This document shows, one piece after another, positions 43,189 to 55,072 of a DNA stretch of 64,000 bases. The notes below the pieces were generated by a model. That model was given only the letters and a program-made list of their open reading frames with translations. It did not search any database and was not told the DNA's origin. Source of the DNA: Trueperaceae bacterium (GTDB lineage: Bacteria > Deinococcota > Deinococci > Deinococcales > Trueperaceae); NCBI GenBank assembly GCA_965213925.1, contig OZ243927.1, positions 1,824,001-1,888,000 of the forward strand, read 5' to 3'. The position numbers and the translations under genes are program-made. Numbering within the stretch: the first letter of the stretch is position 1; each line of letters opens with the position of its first letter.

Positions 43189-44251
43189 GGTCTAAAGCGA
43201 CGGTGACTCTATCGCGCCCGCCCTCCTTGGCGCGGTAGAGCGCGGCGTCAGCCCTGCTTACGAGCGTACCCAGCGTGTCGCCCGGTCTGTAGCTCGCCAC
43301 GCCGCAACTCACCGTGACCTCGTGGTGCTTGGCGAGCGGTCTAGCCTTGAGGCTCGCCCTGAGCCGCTCGCCTAAAGCGCGTCCCTCTTTCGTTGCCGAA
43401 ACGGGCGTGATGACGATGAATTCTTCGCCCCCCCAGCGCCCGAAGATATCGCTCTCGCGCAGTTCCCCTTTGAGCCGCGCGGCGAGTTCGCGTAAAATCT
43501 CGTCACCGACGTAGTGACCGTAGGTGTCGTTAATGCTTTTGAAGCGGTCGATATCGAGCATCAAGACGGAAAAGCTCTCGCGCCGCCGCTGCGCCGAAGC
43601 GAGGGCGATTTGCGCTAGGACTTCAATTTGGCGGCGGTTGGCGATGCCTGTTAAGAAGTCGTGATATGCCAGACGTTCGAACTGCTCCGCGCTGCGGCGC
43701 GTTTGGCGCAGTTCGGGCTCGAGCCGCGCAAAGGCGTTCAGGGCAAAAATCAGCATGATGTGCGCGAGCGTCATCGTCATAGGGATGAGCAGGTTGAGGC
43801 TCGTGATGCTCGAGGTGGCGATACTGGGGAGGCTCGAGGCGACAAACACCGCGAGAACAATCAGGGTGAAGCGGAGCGCCTTAGGCGGCGAGAGGATAAG
43901 AAAGGTCAGCGCGTAGTAAACCGTGAGGTAGACCTTGATCGAGAGCAGCCCGACGAGGGCGTAGATATCTTGGTCAATCCCGTAAAGCGCGACGAGCCAG
44001 AGCGGAAAGAGCAGCCCGAAGTAAGCGTAGGGTAAACTCTTGTAAAGACGCCGCCCCAACCACCTACGCGGCACGACCAAAAGCCCGAGGTTGAAAACGA
44101 TAAAAAGACCTAGGAACGCTGAACCTAAAAGCGATACATCTCCTAAAAACAGCAGTTCGGTCAGCGCCGCCGTAATACCAAAGAGCGCCAGCGCCACATA
44201 GTATTTACGCTGGAAAAGTGGTGACGTTTGATAGTTAGATGGGGACGACAT
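43151..44251 (-). CDS. Membrane-bound diguanylate cyclase
   Basis: About six TM segments, DFLTGIANRR, DIDRFKSINDTYGH, RESD I-site and GGEEF. Confidence 0.93.
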   Translation of the reverse strand: MSSPSNYQTSPLFQRKYYVALALFGITAALTELLFLGDVSLLGSAFLGLFIVFNLGLLVVPRRWLGRRLYKSLPYAYFGLLFPLWLVALYGIDQDIYALVGLLSIKVYLTVYYALTFLILSPPKALRFTLIVLAVFVASSLPSIATSSITSLNLLIPMTMTLAHIMLIFALNAFARLEPELRQTRRSAEQFERLAYHDFLTGIANRRQIEVLAQIALASAQRRRESFSVLMLDIDRFKSINDTYGHYVGDEILRELAARLKGELRESDIFGRWGGEEFIVITPVSATKEGRALGERLRASLKARPLAKHHEVTVSCGVASYRPGDTLGTLVSRADAALYRAKEGGRDRVTVALDPNPLADSPPSHA

Positions 44252-44583
44252 CAGAGGTAAGGACCTCTCCTTTGCTTTGAGCCTGTTTTGCGGCGTCGGC
44301 GCTAGTATTACAGACGCGTCAAAAAGGTGGTCGAGCGCGCTGCGGCTGCAAGGGCTACTCACTAAGCTTGTACAACTATACCGCCGCGCTACGGCTACTC
44401 ATATGTAAAATTTCTCACTGATGCACCGTAAAGGGGTGGGCGAGAAAGATACCGTTCTACAGCCTCCACCGAAGGAAAAGGGTGATAAAGATTTCTCACC
44501 TCTCTACGCTCAAAAGGGTTAGATGTATTTAGAGCGATACGGTGCTAACTTCACTGATAGCTAAGACACTAATTATAAATAAA

Positions 44584-44613
44584 CTTGACACAGGTAGACT
44601 CAGGTTTTATAGT
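44584..44613 (+). promoter_or_regulatory. clpB sigma70 promoter overlapped by a HAIR-like (HspR) operator
   Basis: TTGACA-N17-TATAGT. CTTGACA-N7-ACTCAGG compares with the HAIR consensus CTTGAGT-N7-ACTCAAG. Confidence 0.75.
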
Positions 44614-44622
44614 ACAGTTATT

Positions 44623-47202
44623 ATGGATGCAGAACGACTGACTGAATCAACTCTACAAGCGGTAGCGAGCGCTCAGCAGATCGCGCGGACGCGGGGGCAT
44701 CAGAACATTGTGCCTGCGCACGTAGCGACCTCTTTACTCGCCGACCCGAACAGCCCAGCGGCAAGGGTCGTCGAGCGCGCGGGCGCGAACCTTGACCAAG
44801 CACAAAAAGAACTCGACGCTGTTTTAGACAAGCTCCCTAAAGTTGCAGGGAGTGACAGCCAGTACATGAGTAACGAACTCGCTCGCTCGTTTGGTGAAGC
44901 TGAACGCATTGCTAAGGAGTGGGGCGACTCGTTCGTCGCGGCGGACGCTTTACTTGTGGCGCTACGTAGTGTTGGAGGAAACAGTCTCAACGCACTACCG
45001 AAAGCGAAAGACTTAAAAGAAGCCGCACAAGAGATCAGAAAGGGGCGCACGGTGGATTCGAAATCGGCAGAGACGAGCTTTGAATCGTTGGAAAAGTATG
45101 GCATCGACCTCACGCAGTTAGCGCGTGACGGCAAGTTGGACCCCGTTATCGGACGCGACGAAGAGATTCGCCGCGCCGTGCAGATTCTCTTGCGCCGCAC
45201 GAAGAATAATCCCGTTCTAATCGGGGAACCCGGTGTCGGTAAAACCGCCATCGCCGAAGGCTTAGCCCAGCGTATCATCAACAAAGACGTTCCTGAAGGC
45301 TTGCAGGGCAAGCGCATCATCCAGCTCGACATGGGTTCTCTGCTCGCAGGCGCGAAGTTTCGCGGCGAGTTCGAGGAGCGCCTCAAAGCAGTGATCCAAG
45401 AAACGGTCCAATCTAAGGGAGAAGTCGTCCTCTTCGTAGACGAACTCCACACCATCGTCGGGGCGGGCAAAGCCGAGGGCGCGGTGGACGCGGGCAACAT
45501 GCTCAAGCCGCCTTTGGCAAGAGGTGAACTCCGCATGGTCGGTGCGACGACGCTGAGCGAATACCGCGCGATCGAGAAAGACGCCGCCTTGGAGCGCCGT
45601 TTCCAACCCATCGTCGTGGACGAGCCCGCAGTAGAGGAGACCATCTCCATCTTGCGCGGCATCAAGGAGAAGTACGAGGTGCACCACGGCGTGCGCATCG
45701 CCGACCCCGCCATCATCGCCGCCGCGACGCTCTCGAACCGCTACATTGCGGACAGGCAACTCCCCGACAAAGCGATTGATTTGATTGACGAGGCGGCTTC
45801 ACGCATCCGCGTCCAGCTCGACTCGATGCCCGAAGAGATTGACGACCTGCGCCGCCGCCGCTTGCAGTTGGAGATCGAACAAGAAGCCCTCAAGCGTGAG
45901 GACGACGTAGAGTCCGCTAACCGCCTGCTGCGCATCGAAGAGGAACTCCGCATCATCGAGGACGGTATCAACCAAGCCCAGTCCGACTGGGAAGCGGAGC
46001 GCGAAGTTTTAGACTCTCTCAGGGGCGCTCAGGCAAACCTCGACAGCGTGCGTACGCAGATTGAAGCGGCGGAGCGCGACTACGACCTCAATAAAGCCGC
46101 CGAACTCCGTTATGGGCAACTCCCGAGGTTAGAGCAACAACTCCGCGAGTACACGCAGAAGTTGGAGCACGCCAAGTACGTCCGCTTAGAAGTCGGCGAA
46201 AACGAAGTCGCCGAAGTAGTGAGTCGCTGGACGAACATTCCGCTGTCGCGCCTTATGGAGAGTGAGCGGGAGAAGTTGTTGCGGCTAGAGGACGAACTCC
46301 ACGGGCGCGTCATCGGGCAAGACGAGGCGATTACCGCCGTCGCGGATGCGATTCGCCGCTCCCGCGCCGGACTCGCCGACCCGAACCGTCCCATCGGCTC
46401 GTTCATCTTCTTAGGACCGACGGGCGTAGGTAAGACTGAAACCGCCAAAGCCTTAGCCCAACAACTCTTCGACTCGGAAGACAACCTGATTCGCCTCGAC
46501 ATGTCCGAGTACATGGAGAAGCACACGACCGCCCGCCTCATCGGTGCGCCTCCGGGTTATATCGGTTACGACGAAGGCGGACAACTCACCGAAGCGGTGC
46601 GCCGTCGTCCCTACAGCGTCATCCTGTTCGACGAGATCGAGAAGGCGCACCCGGATGTTTTCAACACGCTCCTGCAACTCCTCGACGACGGACGCCTGAC
46701 CGACTCGCAAGGGCGCACCGTAGACTTCCGCAACACCGTCATCATCATGACCTCGAACATCGGCTCACCGCAGATTTTAGAAGCGAGCCGGAGCGGAGCG
46801 GACTACGACTCCATCAAAGCGACAGTCTTTGGGCTCTTGCAAGGGCACTTCCGCCCCGAGTTCTTGAACCGCGTAGACGACACCATCGTCTTCCACGCCC
46901 TGGAGCAAGACCAAATCGCCGCGATTGCCGAGATTCAGCTCTCGCGCCTGAGAGGACGCCTCCGCGAGCGCCGCATCACGCTCACCTTTTCAGACGCCGC
47001 GATGGAGCAACTCGCCCGCGTCGGCTACGACCCCGTCTTCGGCGCACGCCCCCTAAAACGCGCCATCCAACAGCGCATCGAGACGCCCCTGTCGCGCAAG
47101 ATTATTGCGGGTGAGGTGCAAGATGGGGATGATGTGGTGGTGGAGCCGGGGGCGAGTGGGTTTAGCTTTGAGGTGAAAGAGGTGGCGGTAGCGCTGAATT
47201 GA
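44623..47202 (+). CDS. clpB: ATP-dependent disaggregase ClpB
   Basis: Two AAA modules ([16 protein letters not shown]), coiled-coil M domain and [10 protein letters not shown]. Confidence 0.98.
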   Translation: MDAERLTESTLQAVASAQQIARTRGHQNIVPAHVATSLLADPNSPAARVVERAGANLDQAQKELDAVLDKLPKVAGSDSQYMSNELARSFGEAERIAKEWGDSFVAADALLVALRSVGGNSLNALPKAKDLKEAAQEIRKGRTVDSKSAETSFESLEKYGIDLTQLARDGKLDPVIGRDEEIRRAVQILLRRTKNNPVLIGEPGVGKTAIAEGLAQRIINKDVPEGLQGKRIIQLDMGSLLAGAKFRGEFEERLKAVIQETVQSKGEVVLFVDELHTIVGAGKAEGAVDAGNMLKPPLARGELRMVGATTLSEYRAIEKDAALERRFQPIVVDEPAVEETISILRGIKEKYEVHHGVRIADPAIIAAATLSNRYIADRQLPDKAIDLIDEAASRIRVQLDSMPEEIDDLRRRRLQLEIEQEALKREDDVESANRLLRIEEELRIIEDGINQAQSDWEAEREVLDSLRGAQANLDSVRTQIEAAERDYDLNKAAELRYGQLPRLEQQLREYTQKLEHAKYVRLEVGENEVAEVVSRWTNIPLSRLMESEREKLLRLEDELHGRVIGQDEAITAVADAIRRSRAGLADPNRPIGSFIFLGPTGVGKTETAKALAQQLFDSEDNLIRLDMSEYMEKHTTARLIGAPPGYIGYDEGGQLTEAVRRRPYSVILFDEIEKAHPDVFNTLLQLLDDGRLTDSQGRTVDFRNTVIIMTSNIGSPQILEASRSGADYDSIKATVFGLLQGHFRPEFLNRVDDTIVFHALEQDQIAAIAEIQLSRLRGRLRERRITLTFSDAAMEQLARVGYDPVFGARPLKRAIQQRIETPLSRKIIAGEVQDGDDVVVEPGASGFSFEVKEVAVALN

Positions 47203-47219
47203 GAGAATTGCTTCAACTG

Positions 47220-47256
47220 AAATAACAGCTAGCTTGTCGAGCTAGCTGTTATTTTT
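47220..47256. terminator. Bidirectional intrinsic terminator
   Basis: Perfect 15-bp stem AAATAACAGCTAGCT/AGCTAGCTGTTATTT between convergent genes. Confidence 0.88.
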
Positions 47257-47648
47257 TAGACTACTAGGTCGCCAAGATAAAACCCGAGAAAGGCGAGAGC
47301 AGCATAGAGAATTAGAAAACTGACGAACTTTCCGAAGGCGCGTAGTCGTCTATTCGAAGGACGATTTCTAAATAGATAGAAAGGGATGATGAGACCTCCG
47401 AAGAATATGAATAAGATAAACATACGCCTACTAAAAGGCTTTCCTCTTTCTGTTCTATCAAAGAAATACCACGCATAGACTAGGAGGTTGAAAATTAACG
47501 CCGAGATGATACGGTAGCCGCCATAAAACGAAGGTAGTTTTTGCTCAATTACAATGTCTAAGACGGAAGCAGTCAAAGCTTCTATACATAAAATCGCCAA
47601 AATAGTATACTTGCGTCTTGTGAAATCCTCTTCTATGCTAGAGTTCAC
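47256..47648 (-). CDS. Low-GC four-TM membrane protein
   Basis: Hydrophobic ORF with PFYLFRNR, AT-rich. Confidence 0.7.
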   Translation of the reverse strand: MNSSIEEDFTRRKYTILAILCIEALTASVLDIVIEQKLPSFYGGYRIISALIFNLLVYAWYFFDRTERGKPFSRRMFILFIFFGGLIIPFYLFRNRPSNRRLRAFGKFVSFLILYAALAFLGFYLGDLVV

Positions 47649-47728
47649 TTTTTGAGACCCTCCAGCAAAGCGTTCCCTTGAGCTTGTCCTGCGCCTTGTT
47701 TTCGATTAAGTGGTGAGACAGATGAGCC

Positions 47729-47755
47729 GAATAGCATAAAAATATTATGCGAAGT
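47729..47755 (-). other. dif-like (XerC/XerD) site
   Basis: Minus strand ACTTCGCATAA-tattt-TTATGCTATTC. The spacer is 5 bp rather than 6. Confidence 0.5.
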
Positions 47756-47928
47756 AAAAGGCTTTAATGCTGTGCTTATTACACTGACAGGAGTTCCCGA
47801 AGAAGAGTTTTTCGAGTATATCCCCTAACTAATCTACTCACACCCTTAACCCCTCTCAAAACGCTCTTTCAGCGTTTCAGGCGGCGTTGGAGTCGGGCGG
47901 TAGAGCCTCGAGCCTCTCAAAACAGACG

Positions 47929-48318
47929 CTATTCGAGAGGTTCCAAATGCTCCCCCAACCACCTCGTCAGCTCACCGCGCGAGATTTCGGACGACGCAAC
48001 GCCTAAGATAAGCTGCTCTTGCTCGTCTACGCCAGCTTGAATTTCAAAGCCGTTGAGGAGAAGTGTCACTTCCATCGCGGCGTGACCGATGCGTTTGTTG
48101 CCGTCTACGAAAGGGTGATTTTGAATGAGCGAGAAGGCGAGAGCCGCTGCTTTTTCGACGAGAGTAGGATAGAGTTCGGTGTCGCCAAAGGTCATGGCGG
48201 GTTGGATAACGGCTGACTCTAATGCGCCTAAATCTCTTATGCCTTCAGCGCCTCCCGACTGTTGGAGCAGGAGCTTGTGCAGCTCGAGTATCTCGTTTAG
48301 GGTCAGATAGCGTATCAA
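47929..48318 (-). CDS. doc: Doc-family (Fic-fold) toxin
   Basis: HPFVDGNKR motif, [10 protein letters not shown] and [11 protein letters not shown]. Confidence 0.93.
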   Translation of the reverse strand: MIRYLTLNEILELHKLLLQQSGGAEGIRDLGALESAVIQPAMTFGDTELYPTLVEKAAALAFSLIQNHPFVDGNKRIGHAAMEVTLLLNGFEIQAGVDEQEQLILGVASSEISRGELTRWLGEHLEPLE

Positions 48319-48509
48319 GCGAGCCGCTTATATAGCTCCGCATTTTTTTCGAGGACACGCTTTGCTGCATTTTGAAAGTCTGTGTGACGCTCGAGCGTCT
48401 CCACTAAACTATTCGCAGCAAATTCTTCAGGGCTGAGGTTGAGCTTAGACGCTATTTGCTCGAGCTTTCTGGCTACATCATCAGAAAAAGTAATCTCAAG
48501 TTTGTGCAT
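48315..48509 (-). CDS. Cognate antitoxin of Doc
   Basis: 64 aa ending [10 protein letters not shown], with an ATGA overlap with doc. Confidence 0.85.
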   Translation of the reverse strand: MHKLEITFSDDVARKLEQIASKLNLSPEEFAANSLVETLERHTDFQNAAKRVLEKNAELYKRLA

Positions 48510-48560
48510 AGAACTATTTTAGACTATTCTGCTGAGCAGCTTGTCGTGCAATTTGATACC

Positions 48561-48929
48561 TTACTCAACCTCTCGAGCCCCCAGCCACCTCTCAAACGAC
48601 GCCTTACTCTCCTGACTCTTCCGCCCCGCTAAAAGCCCTTCAACCCCAATGTGCTCGTCTAAATCAGCCCATTCAATCCCGTAGCCATCCCCTAAAAGCT
48701 CCCAGTTCTCGCGCTCGGCTGCGCTGCCTGCTTCTAGGCGTGGATACCAGGTAAGCGGAACGCGAAGTTGTCTGCCGTCCTTTAGGGTCACGGTAAGGGT
48801 ATCGGCGTCAATCTGTATGTCTATTGCGGTAACAGAGTTTTCATCCACTGCAAAACGGTTCGGCTTAGTGCTGCTGTAGTCAAACTGATAGTTGGGCAAG
48901 AGGTCATCTTTGTCAGAAGGCATGTCCAT
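48561..48929 (-). CDS. DUF2442-family protein (TA-associated)
   Basis: LKDGRQLRVPLTWYPRL...GYGIEWADLDEHIGVEGLL. Confidence 0.85.
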   Translation of the reverse strand: MDMPSDKDDLLPNYQFDYSSTKPNRFAVDENSVTAIDIQIDADTLTVTLKDGRQLRVPLTWYPRLEAGSAAERENWELLGDGYGIEWADLDEHIGVEGLLAGRKSQESKASFERWLGAREVE

Positions 48930-48946
48930 ACCTTTATACTATCTAC

Positions 48947-49501
48947 ATGCCCCGCGCCGCCGAACCTGTTAAAACAGGCTTGACCTTTGAGGAATACCTC
49001 GAGCTTGAACATGCGAGCCCCGTCAAACACGAATTTGTGGACGGTCAGATGTTCGCGCTAGCAGGTGCGAGCGACAAGCACAACCGCCTCGCGTTTCGTC
49101 TAGCCACGCTGCTCGAGGCGGATAACCAAACCGAGAATTGCGTAGTGTACCTTCTCGACCTCAAAATGTGTACGCCGAACGGTGTTGGCTATTATCCAGA
49201 CGTTTTTGTGACGTGCGAAGAAGAGACTGATACCTATGTCAAGCGTAAACCTTGTCTTATTGTTGAAATCTTATCCGCTTCAACTGAGGCGATTGACAGA
49301 GGTGAAAAGCTCCACAACTACCGAACCTTCGAGACGCTGCAGGCTTATGTACTCGTCAATCAAGGCGTGGCAAGAGTAGAGATGTACCGCCGCGAAGATG
49401 ACGGGACATGGCGGTACGAGGAGTGTGAAGCGGGCGAGACGTTGAGGTTGCCCTGTCTCGGCTTCGAGTTACATGTTGACGACCTCTACAAGGGGGCGTG
49501 A
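48947..49501 (+). CDS. Uma2-family endonuclease-like protein
   Basis: KHEFVDG, YYPDVFV, IVEILSASTEAIDRGEK and YVLV. Confidence 0.92.
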   Translation: MPRAAEPVKTGLTFEEYLELEHASPVKHEFVDGQMFALAGASDKHNRLAFRLATLLEADNQTENCVVYLLDLKMCTPNGVGYYPDVFVTCEEETDTYVKRKPCLIVEILSASTEAIDRGEKLHNYRTFETLQAYVLVNQGVARVEMYRREDDGTWRYEECEAGETLRLPCLGFELHVDDLYKGA

Positions 49502-49524
49502 AGGTGGTACTAGACATCTTTAGG

Positions 49525-49646
49525 CATTGAAGGGCTATATAGCTGACTCTAGCGTGCCTTTTCCAAGCCTCTTCAGCACCTTTTGCTTGTTGAAATAGTA
49601 GAGCGTGCAACTCGAGCATCTCTTCTAAGGTCAGATAACGTATCAA
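49525..49646 (-). pseudogene. Decayed, truncated second copy of doc
   Basis: MIRYLTLEEMLELHALL... aligns with the Doc N-terminus, then frameshifts (GTLESAI-stop in another frame) and is truncated. Confidence 0.8.
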
Positions 49647-49837
49647 GCGAGTCGCTTGTACAACTCCGCATTTTTGTCAAGGACGCGCTTTGTAACATTT
49701 TGAAAGTCTGCGTGACGCTCGAGCGTCTCTAACAAGCTATTCGCGGCAAATTCTTCAGGGCTGAGGTTGAGCTTGGACGCCACGTGCTCGAGCTTCTTGG
49801 CGACATCGTCGGAAAAAGTAATTTCGAATTTGTGCGT
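49643..49837 (-). pseudogene. Second copy of the antitoxin with its start codon mutated
   Basis: Same 195-nt length as 48315-48509. ATG has become ACG and the -10 TAAAAT has become CAAAAT. Confidence 0.75.
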
Positions 49838-50153
49838 AGCGTTATTTTGGAACGAGGTGGGCAAGCAGAGCATTTGAGGAGGCTTAGAGAGTACGAAGAG
49901 CGCGCAGCGGTGCTTGTGGACGCATTGGTCGAACTTGCTGCGGCGAGTCGCGCCGAGCTAGAGTTCGCGGACCCCACGCCGGGGCTGAGTAGGTGATGTG
50001 ACGGCGCTTCTGCGCTACTGACGACCAAGCAAGCTTCCGCTCACCTCCACCTATAGCCGCTACAGGGCGAAACCCGTGTCACCTTTGTCTTTTTTTCCGC
50101 CCCCGTTCTTTATCGCCTCGCGGTAGACTAGAGCGGTACGGGAGGACGAACTT

Positions 50154-52094
<1,941 letters not shown>

Positions 52095-52111
52095 GGCAAA
52101 AGAGGAGAAAC

Positions 52112-52141
52112 AAAAAAGAACCCCGCGCTTGGCGGGGTTCT
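52112..52141 (-). terminator. Intrinsic terminator of the S-layer gene
   Basis: AGAACCCCGC/GCGGGGTTCT stem with a T-run on the minus strand. Confidence 0.85.
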
Positions 52142-52164
52142 GGGCTCTTTGTAGGGCTGAGGGT

Positions 52165-55062
52165 TTAGAACGTCAGGGCGTATTCGATGGTGAAGGCTTG
52201 ACCGTTGTTCGTGTCTTCGCCACGCTCGTTCCGGTAGAGTCCGTAACCGAACTCTAAGCCGTAGTAGGTCCATTCGACTTCGACACCTGACGTGGTCTGC
52301 GTGAGTCCGTTGTTCTCATCACCGTCCGAGATATCAGTGGCGAAGTCGTCTTCGCTGTCGCCGCTGTTCGTCTCGTCTTGGATGTTTTCGCCTTGGTAGT
52401 AACCGTAGCGAACGCCCAACACGCTGTTCTCGAAGAAGAACTCGTTGAGGCTGACGCCGACGCTGAACTGGAGTTCGGTCGCGGTGTAGTCGGCAGCCGC
52501 TGTGTCTGGTTCGTCGTCGCCATCAGTGTCAGTACCGACGTCGGTATGGTCGGTGGTGCGGTAGTTGACGTTTGCCGCAAGGCTCGGGGCTAAGAAGACG
52601 TTAAGCTGCTCAGACTCCAGACCCGTGCCCACTTGGGTGGTGACCTCATCGTCGGAAAACTCTTCCTCGCTGAAGTCGCTGTCGTAGTCGAAGTAGGGGT
52701 TAAGGGTGAAGCCGAAAGCGGAAACCTCGCCGTCCGCTTCAGCGCGTATCGCGCCCTCTTCGATGCTGTCTTCGCTAAAGTCGTAGACGATCTCGAAGTC
52801 GAAGCCGGAAACAAGCGCATCTTCCGAGTCGCCGTCATGCTGAATACCGATGCCGAAGCCGGTGAAGTAACCAGCGTCGTCGCGCTCGGTGCTGTCCACC
52901 GCCTCGACAGCTTCGCCGTCCAAAGTTACTTGGTTAAAGAAGGCGAAGGGTCCGACAGCGCGGAAAATGTCTACGCCCGCCTCTACGCCGAAAGCGAAGA
53001 CTTCATCACCTGTTACTGTCGTGACGCCTCCGTCTGCGTTCTCTAACGGCTCGGTCTCTTCGCCCTCTATCGTGTAGTAGTCAGCAAACACCTCGAGGTT
53101 GAAGATGAACAGTCCGAGGCTCGCTTCCGCGCCGAAACCTGTTTGGTTGAGACCGTACGTGTAGGTGTCTTCGTCGTACTTGAGGCCGTACCAGAATTCC
53201 GGGATGGTGCGGTAGTTGGCCGAGAGGCTTTCTAAGAGCGGGAGGCTCTCAGTGTCCACCTCGACTTGCGCGTAGAAGAGCGAGCTGTCGTCGACCGTTC
53301 CCGCTGCGAGCGCGACGGGGCGGCTTTCCGTATCGTCCGCGTCGATTACGCCGTCATCGTTGACGTCTTCGTCGATCTGGACGTCTTCTTCATTGTCCTC
53401 GTCTTGGAAGATGACGTTGTCGTCAATCTGGTTAGCAGCGAACTCCGCCGTGATGGTGAAGATGCTCAGATTAACTTCGCCGTCTAAGCCGTAGACGAAA
53501 ATGTCAGCGTTGTCGCCCGACTCGTCCTGGAACTCGTCCGCGTTGCCTGCAATTTGCGCGACTGAGAACCCGCCCGAGACACCCTCGAAGGGGCTCAGCG
53601 TGCCGCGGATGGCGCGGTAGTAGGCGTCGGAGAAGGGGTTAGGCGTGCCGTCAGCGAAGAGGTCGTCGTCAGCCAACTCGACGGTGTCGTCGTCGTCGTC
53701 GCCGCCCTCTTCGAATACGCCGTAAGCGAGGGTCAGTTCAGGCTGCAAGAAGGCGAGCACGTCGGGCGTGCCGAGCCTTGCAACGAAACCGGCACCTAAG
53801 CTTTCAAAGACGTAGGGCGTGAAGTTCGCGTCGGGCTCTTGACCGAAGGTGAAGGTCAGCGGCTCCGCGCCGATGGGCGAGAAGGTCGTCTCGAAATCGT
53901 CGAAGCTGAAGACGTAGCCGTTAAAGTAGGCGTCGTCGTCGGCGTAGTTGGGAAGGCTATCTTCGTCGTCGTCGGCGTTGCCGTTCGGGTCAACGTCGCC
54001 GTCAAGGATGGTCGCCTCTTCGAGCGACAGGGTTGCAGACGCCTCGAAGCTGTTGAACGCACCCGCGATGCCACGCTCGCTCGAGAAACCGAAGGTGATC
54101 TCGATATCAGGCTCGACCTCGCCCTTCTCGTTCTCGATGTCGTCGAGGTCTTGGGCTTCTTCGCCGTCGTCACCCTCGTCGCCGTCGTCGTTGAAGTCTT
54201 CGGTACCGGATGAGAAGATGGAGGCCGTAACCTCGCGCTCTAGGCCGATGCCGAAGATACGGTCAACGTCGAAAGCGACGTCGTCAGGTCCTATGCGGCC
54301 TACTGCGTAGCTTAGACCGAAGCTGCCGTTAAAGGTGATGGACTGATCTTCCAAGGTCGAAACGCGCTCTTCGAGCCCACTAAGGCGCTCGTTTTGCTGC
54401 GCGTCATTCTCTTCGATCGCGGCGATTTGGTCGCGCAAAGCCACCTGGTCGCGGCGCAAGAGGATGACGAATTCGCGGATGTTGGCGATGTCCGCCGTGT
54501 TGCGCTCGATGTCCTCTAGGAAGCTCGGGTCGATGTCTCCGCCTGCCTGTAAGCCCACGATCTCCTCATTGAGAAGCGCAACGAGGTCGTTTAGGGCGTC
54601 GATGGAGCGGGTGTTTTGTTCGATGCTGGACTCTAACTGGCGCAGTTCGTCGAGCTGGTTCTGGAGGTCTTGGAGCGCCTCCGGGTCCATACCCATGCCG
54701 CTACTCACCGCCGCTTCTAAAGCCGCGATGTCAGAAGCAATCTCTTGCACCGAGTTGCGAAGAGAACCGAGTTCGTCTTCGGTGACGAATTGTGACTCGA
54801 GCACGTCGATTAAGCGGGTGACGACGAGCGCCGCTTGGTAGCGGGTGAACGCCTCGTTGCCGCGGAAGGTCCCGTCTGGGAACCCGATGACGATGCCTAA
54901 GTCGGCGAGTTCGGCGACGGCGTCAGCAGCGTAGGAGCCTTCCGGTACGTCCGGGAAGGACGTCTGCGAGCTACTATCGCTGTCATCGTCGTCGTTGTCT
55001 TGCGCGTAAGCGCCGCCAACCATCAGTAGAATGGCTAGCATGGTGAAAAGAAGTTTGTTCAT
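52165..55062 (-). CDS. slpA: SlpA/OmpM-type S-layer outer-membrane protein (SLH + coiled coil + beta barrel)
   Basis: Signal peptide, SLH (FPDVP...GFPDGTFRG...TRYQAA), heptad region, alternating beta strands, C-terminal Phe. Very acidic. Confidence 0.88.
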   Translation of the reverse strand: MNKLLFTMLAILLMVGGAYAQDNDDDDSDSSSQTSFPDVPEGSYAADAVAELADLGIVIGFPDGTFRGNEAFTRYQAALVVTRLIDVLESQFVTEDELGSLRNSVQEIASDIAALEAAVSSGMGMDPEALQDLQNQLDELRQLESSIEQNTRSIDALNDLVALLNEEIVGLQAGGDIDPSFLEDIERNTADIANIREFVILLRRDQVALRDQIAAIEENDAQQNERLSGLEERVSTLEDQSITFNGSFGLSYAVGRIGPDDVAFDVDRIFGIGLEREVTASIFSSGTEDFNDDGDEGDDGEEAQDLDDIENEKGEVEPDIEITFGFSSERGIAGAFNSFEASATLSLEEATILDGDVDPNGNADDDEDSLPNYADDDAYFNGYVFSFDDFETTFSPIGAEPLTFTFGQEPDANFTPYVFESLGAGFVARLGTPDVLAFLQPELTLAYGVFEEGGDDDDDTVELADDDLFADGTPNPFSDAYYRAIRGTLSPFEGVSGGFSVAQIAGNADEFQDESGDNADIFVYGLDGEVNLSIFTITAEFAANQIDDNVIFQDEDNEEDVQIDEDVNDDGVIDADDTESRPVALAAGTVDDSSLFYAQVEVDTESLPLLESLSANYRTIPEFWYGLKYDEDTYTYGLNQTGFGAEASLGLFIFNLEVFADYYTIEGEETEPLENADGGVTTVTGDEVFAFGVEAGVDIFRAVGPFAFFNQVTLDGEAVEAVDSTERDDAGYFTGFGIGIQHDGDSEDALVSGFDFEIVYDFSEDSIEEGAIRAEADGEVSAFGFTLNPYFDYDSDFSEEEFSDDEVTTQVGTGLESEQLNVFLAPSLAANVNYRTTDHTDVGTDTDGDDEPDTAAADYTATELQFSVGVSLNEFFFENSVLGVRYGYYQGENIQDETNSGDSEDDFATDISDGDENNGLTQTTSGVEVEWTYYGLEFGYGLYRNERGEDTNNGQAFTIEYALTF

Positions 55063-55072
55063 CTATTTACCC

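Noticed and set aside
44700..45716. 338-aa antisense ORF in clpB, and similar long antisense ORFs in glgX, fba and slpA
   Set aside because: Typical high-GC antisense shadows of strongly biased genes, with no protein motifs.
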